NCBI GenBank assembly: GCA_963785845.1
Contig: CAWAWP010000001.1
Location: forward strand, 313,132-377,131
Source of the DNA: an uncultured Chloroflexia bacterium
GTDB lineage: Bacteria > Chloroflexota > Ktedonobacteria > Ktedonobacterales > JADMIN01
Reading direction: 5' to 3'
Length of the DNA: 64,000 nucleotides
Below, piece by piece: positions 62,530-64,000 of this stretch (positions within the stretch are counted from its first letter, which is position 1; each line of letters opens with the position of its first letter). The translations under genes were made by a program, and so were the position numbers. The notes under the pieces are model-generated. The model had not been told where the DNA came from. It saw only the letters and a program-made list of their open reading frames with translations, and searched no databases.

Positions 62530-63690
62530 ATGCCTGCCCGCCACAATCCCCTGGCCGCCTCCACCGACGATCCCGTCGCCGTCGACGAGCCCCAACTCAC
62601 CCTGCGCGATCGCGCCTTCGCGCTGCACTGCCGCGGCCTCCGCTCCGGTGAGATCGCGCAGCGCCTCAACGTCCCGGCCCGCACCATTCGCTCCTGGGTC
62701 GCCGCCCAGCTCACCGCCACCGACGCCGAACGCGCCACCTCCAGGCGTCACCTTCGCGCCCTCGCCGTCGAGCGCCTCCTCTCCGTCGCCGCCGCTTCCT
62801 GGGATGCCTTCGACGTCGTCACCGCCGCCGAGCAAATGCCCTCCACGCTCGACGACTCCACAGCCGACCAACCTGGCGAAGTGGTTCCCGCCGTCGCTGC
62901 CAGCCCCATCTGGGCCGCGGGACTCTCCCCAGCGCGCTTCCTCGCCATCGCCCTCACCGCCTACCGCGAAGTCGCCCGTCTCCAGGGCCTCAGCGTTCAC
63001 CAGATCGCCAATACTGCGGCTGGCCACCCGAACGCCGCCAGGCCATCTCGCGCCAACCCCAACGGCGCCAGGCTCAACGGCGGCAAGCTCGACGGCGACC
63101 TCTCCCACCTCATCCTCATCCCCCCGCCGCAGCCGCCCGCCTTCGTCACCCCCGAACAGCGCTCCGCCTGGCAGACGTTTATCACCCAGTGGGAGCGCGA
63201 CCTCCGGCCCCCAGGAGCGCCCGCGCAGTACCCCGCGTACGAAACCCTGCTTCCCGCCGAAGAAGGCATCCGCCTCCACCTCGAAGCCCAGTCCGCCGCC
63301 CAGTCCGCCGCCCAGTCCGCCGCCGAAGCAACCGCCGAGAGTGCGTCACCCGCGACCTCCGAAGCAACTTCCGACTCCGAGATCACACGTGCCGCCGCGC
63401 CGCTCAGTGCCCCACTTCTGCCCAGTGGTGCCCCCCCAAACGCGGCAAAATTGGCAATACCACGCGTCGCCAGCGCCCAGCATTCCGACGCCGCAGTTGC
63501 CCCCACGCAAAACCCCGCGAATCCGCATCAGCCCGACGCCTCTCCCAGCGCCTCCCATCCACCCGCGCCTCTCCCCGGCGGCGGGGTGTACCCTGTGCCC
63601 CGCCCCATCCGTTGGGAATGGGATCCGGTCCTCGGCGCACCCGTCAAGCGCCGCGATCCCGTCGCCGGTCGTCGCCCTGGCGACACCTGA
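62530..63690 (+). CDS. Pro/Ala-rich protein with an N-terminal helix-turn-helix
   Basis: ATG at 62530 after AAGGAG. HTH-like LHCRGLRSGEIAQRLNVPARTIRSWVAAQL. Low-complexity repeats AQSAAQSAAQSAAEATAESA. The ORF-track 5' extension from 62194 is unlikely to be translated. Confidence 0.55.
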   Translation: MPARHNPLAASTDDPVAVDEPQLTLRDRAFALHCRGLRSGEIAQRLNVPARTIRSWVAAQLTATDAERATSRRHLRALAVERLLSVAAASWDAFDVVTAAEQMPSTLDDSTADQPGEVVPAVAASPIWAAGLSPARFLAIALTAYREVARLQGLSVHQIANTAAGHPNAARPSRANPNGARLNGGKLDGDLSHLILIPPPQPPAFVTPEQRSAWQTFITQWERDLRPPGAPAQYPAYETLLPAEEGIRLHLEAQSAAQSAAQSAAEATAESASPATSEATSDSEITRAAAPLSAPLLPSGAPPNAAKLAIPRVASAQHSDAAVAPTQNPANPHQPDASPSASHPPAPLPGGGVYPVPRPIRWEWDPVLGAPVKRRDPVAGRRPGDT

Positions 63691-63770
63691 CGCCGCCGCG
63701 TCCCAGCGCCACCTCACCTGCACCGAATGCTGCCTCAATCCGTCGAGACAGGCGCCCCTGCATGTTGGTT

Positions 63771-63823
63771 TTGTGACCCCGACAACGATCAGGTATAATG
63801 CGCCAAACGTCGCGCCAAACGTC
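63771..63823 (+). promoter_or_regulatory. Promoter TTGTGA-17-TATAAT followed immediately by a 2 x 12-bp tandem repeat (GCGCCAAACGTC)
   Basis: TTGTGA at 63771..63776 and TATAAT at 63794..63799. The tandem repeat spans 63800..63823, covering the expected TSS. Confidence 0.5.
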
Positions 63824-63858
63824 GCCCGGAGTGGCGACCTACCCGGAGGGATGCAATC

Positions 63859-64000
63859 GTGGCGGTCAACTCAACAAGCTTTCGCATGCCGGAGCGCATG
63901 GGCGGTGGCTCAGGCGCGGACGGCGAAGACACCGACACGCTCGAAGCCCGCCACGAAGCCGGCAAGCGCGAAGTCGAGATGTATATTCGCACCTACCAGA
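63859..64000 (+). CDS. 5' part of an ORF running off the window (hypothetical)
   Basis: GTG at 63859 after GGAGGG. The frame VAVNSTSFRMPERMGGGSGADGEDTDTLEARHEAGKREVEMYIRTYQ has high third-position GC. It is truncated by the window edge. Confidence 0.35.
   Translation, partial: MAVNSTSFRMPERMGGGSGADGEDTDTLEARHEAGKREVEMYIRTYQ

Overview
The window is a GC-rich (about two-thirds G+C by eye, not computed) bacterial chromosomal segment. It is densely coded and mostly housekeeping. The gene content suggests a terrabacterial or Chloroflexota-like lineage: archaeal-type asd, GTP-PEPCK, a deazaflavin-dependent DDN-family protein, and many membrane proteins with Pro-rich tails and zinc ribbons. That placement is a guess I cannot verify.

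Recognisable content:
- a thrA(AK-HSD)-asd-thrB-thrC operon
- a detached nuoJKLMN block
- moaD-moaE, pepA, pckG, upp, and a GH3 NagZ-like enzyme
- a GH38 alpha-mannosidase broken into three frames
- a molybdopterin oxidoreductase
- four MFS transporters and an NRAMP transporter
- an Mre11/SbcD-like nuclease with no Rad50/SbcC partner
- two histidine kinase/response regulator pairs plus an orphan receiver
- MarR, ArsR and NrtR-like regulators
- two tRNA genes

Most interesting observations:
1. An initiator tRNA-fMet(CAU) gene is split in its anticodon loop by a 649-nt group-I-like intron. The intron carries a PD-(D/E)XK (I-Ssp6803I-like) homing-endonuclease ORF, and a perfect TTGACA-17-TACAAT promoter drives the gene.
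2. Two paralogous non-coding modules of about 300 nt lie in unrelated intergenic regions. Each has a minus-strand promoter, a GAAC-N4-GTTC-type palindrome at the predicted transcription start, conserved sequence blocks, and an invariant 20-mer (AATTTCCGTTTTCTTCCGCT) that pairs with nearby CGGAA repeats. A third copy of the 20-mer lies upstream of pckG.
3. A Thr-codon-rich leader peptide with an antiterminator/terminator arrangement sits upstream of thrA.

Several long ORF-track entries are GC-driven antisense or 5'-extended artefacts. Where an SD-preceded internal start was visible I trimmed the start and say so. No CRISPR array, rRNA, transposase or integrase was seen. All homology statements rest on recognising motifs by eye; no searches were run.
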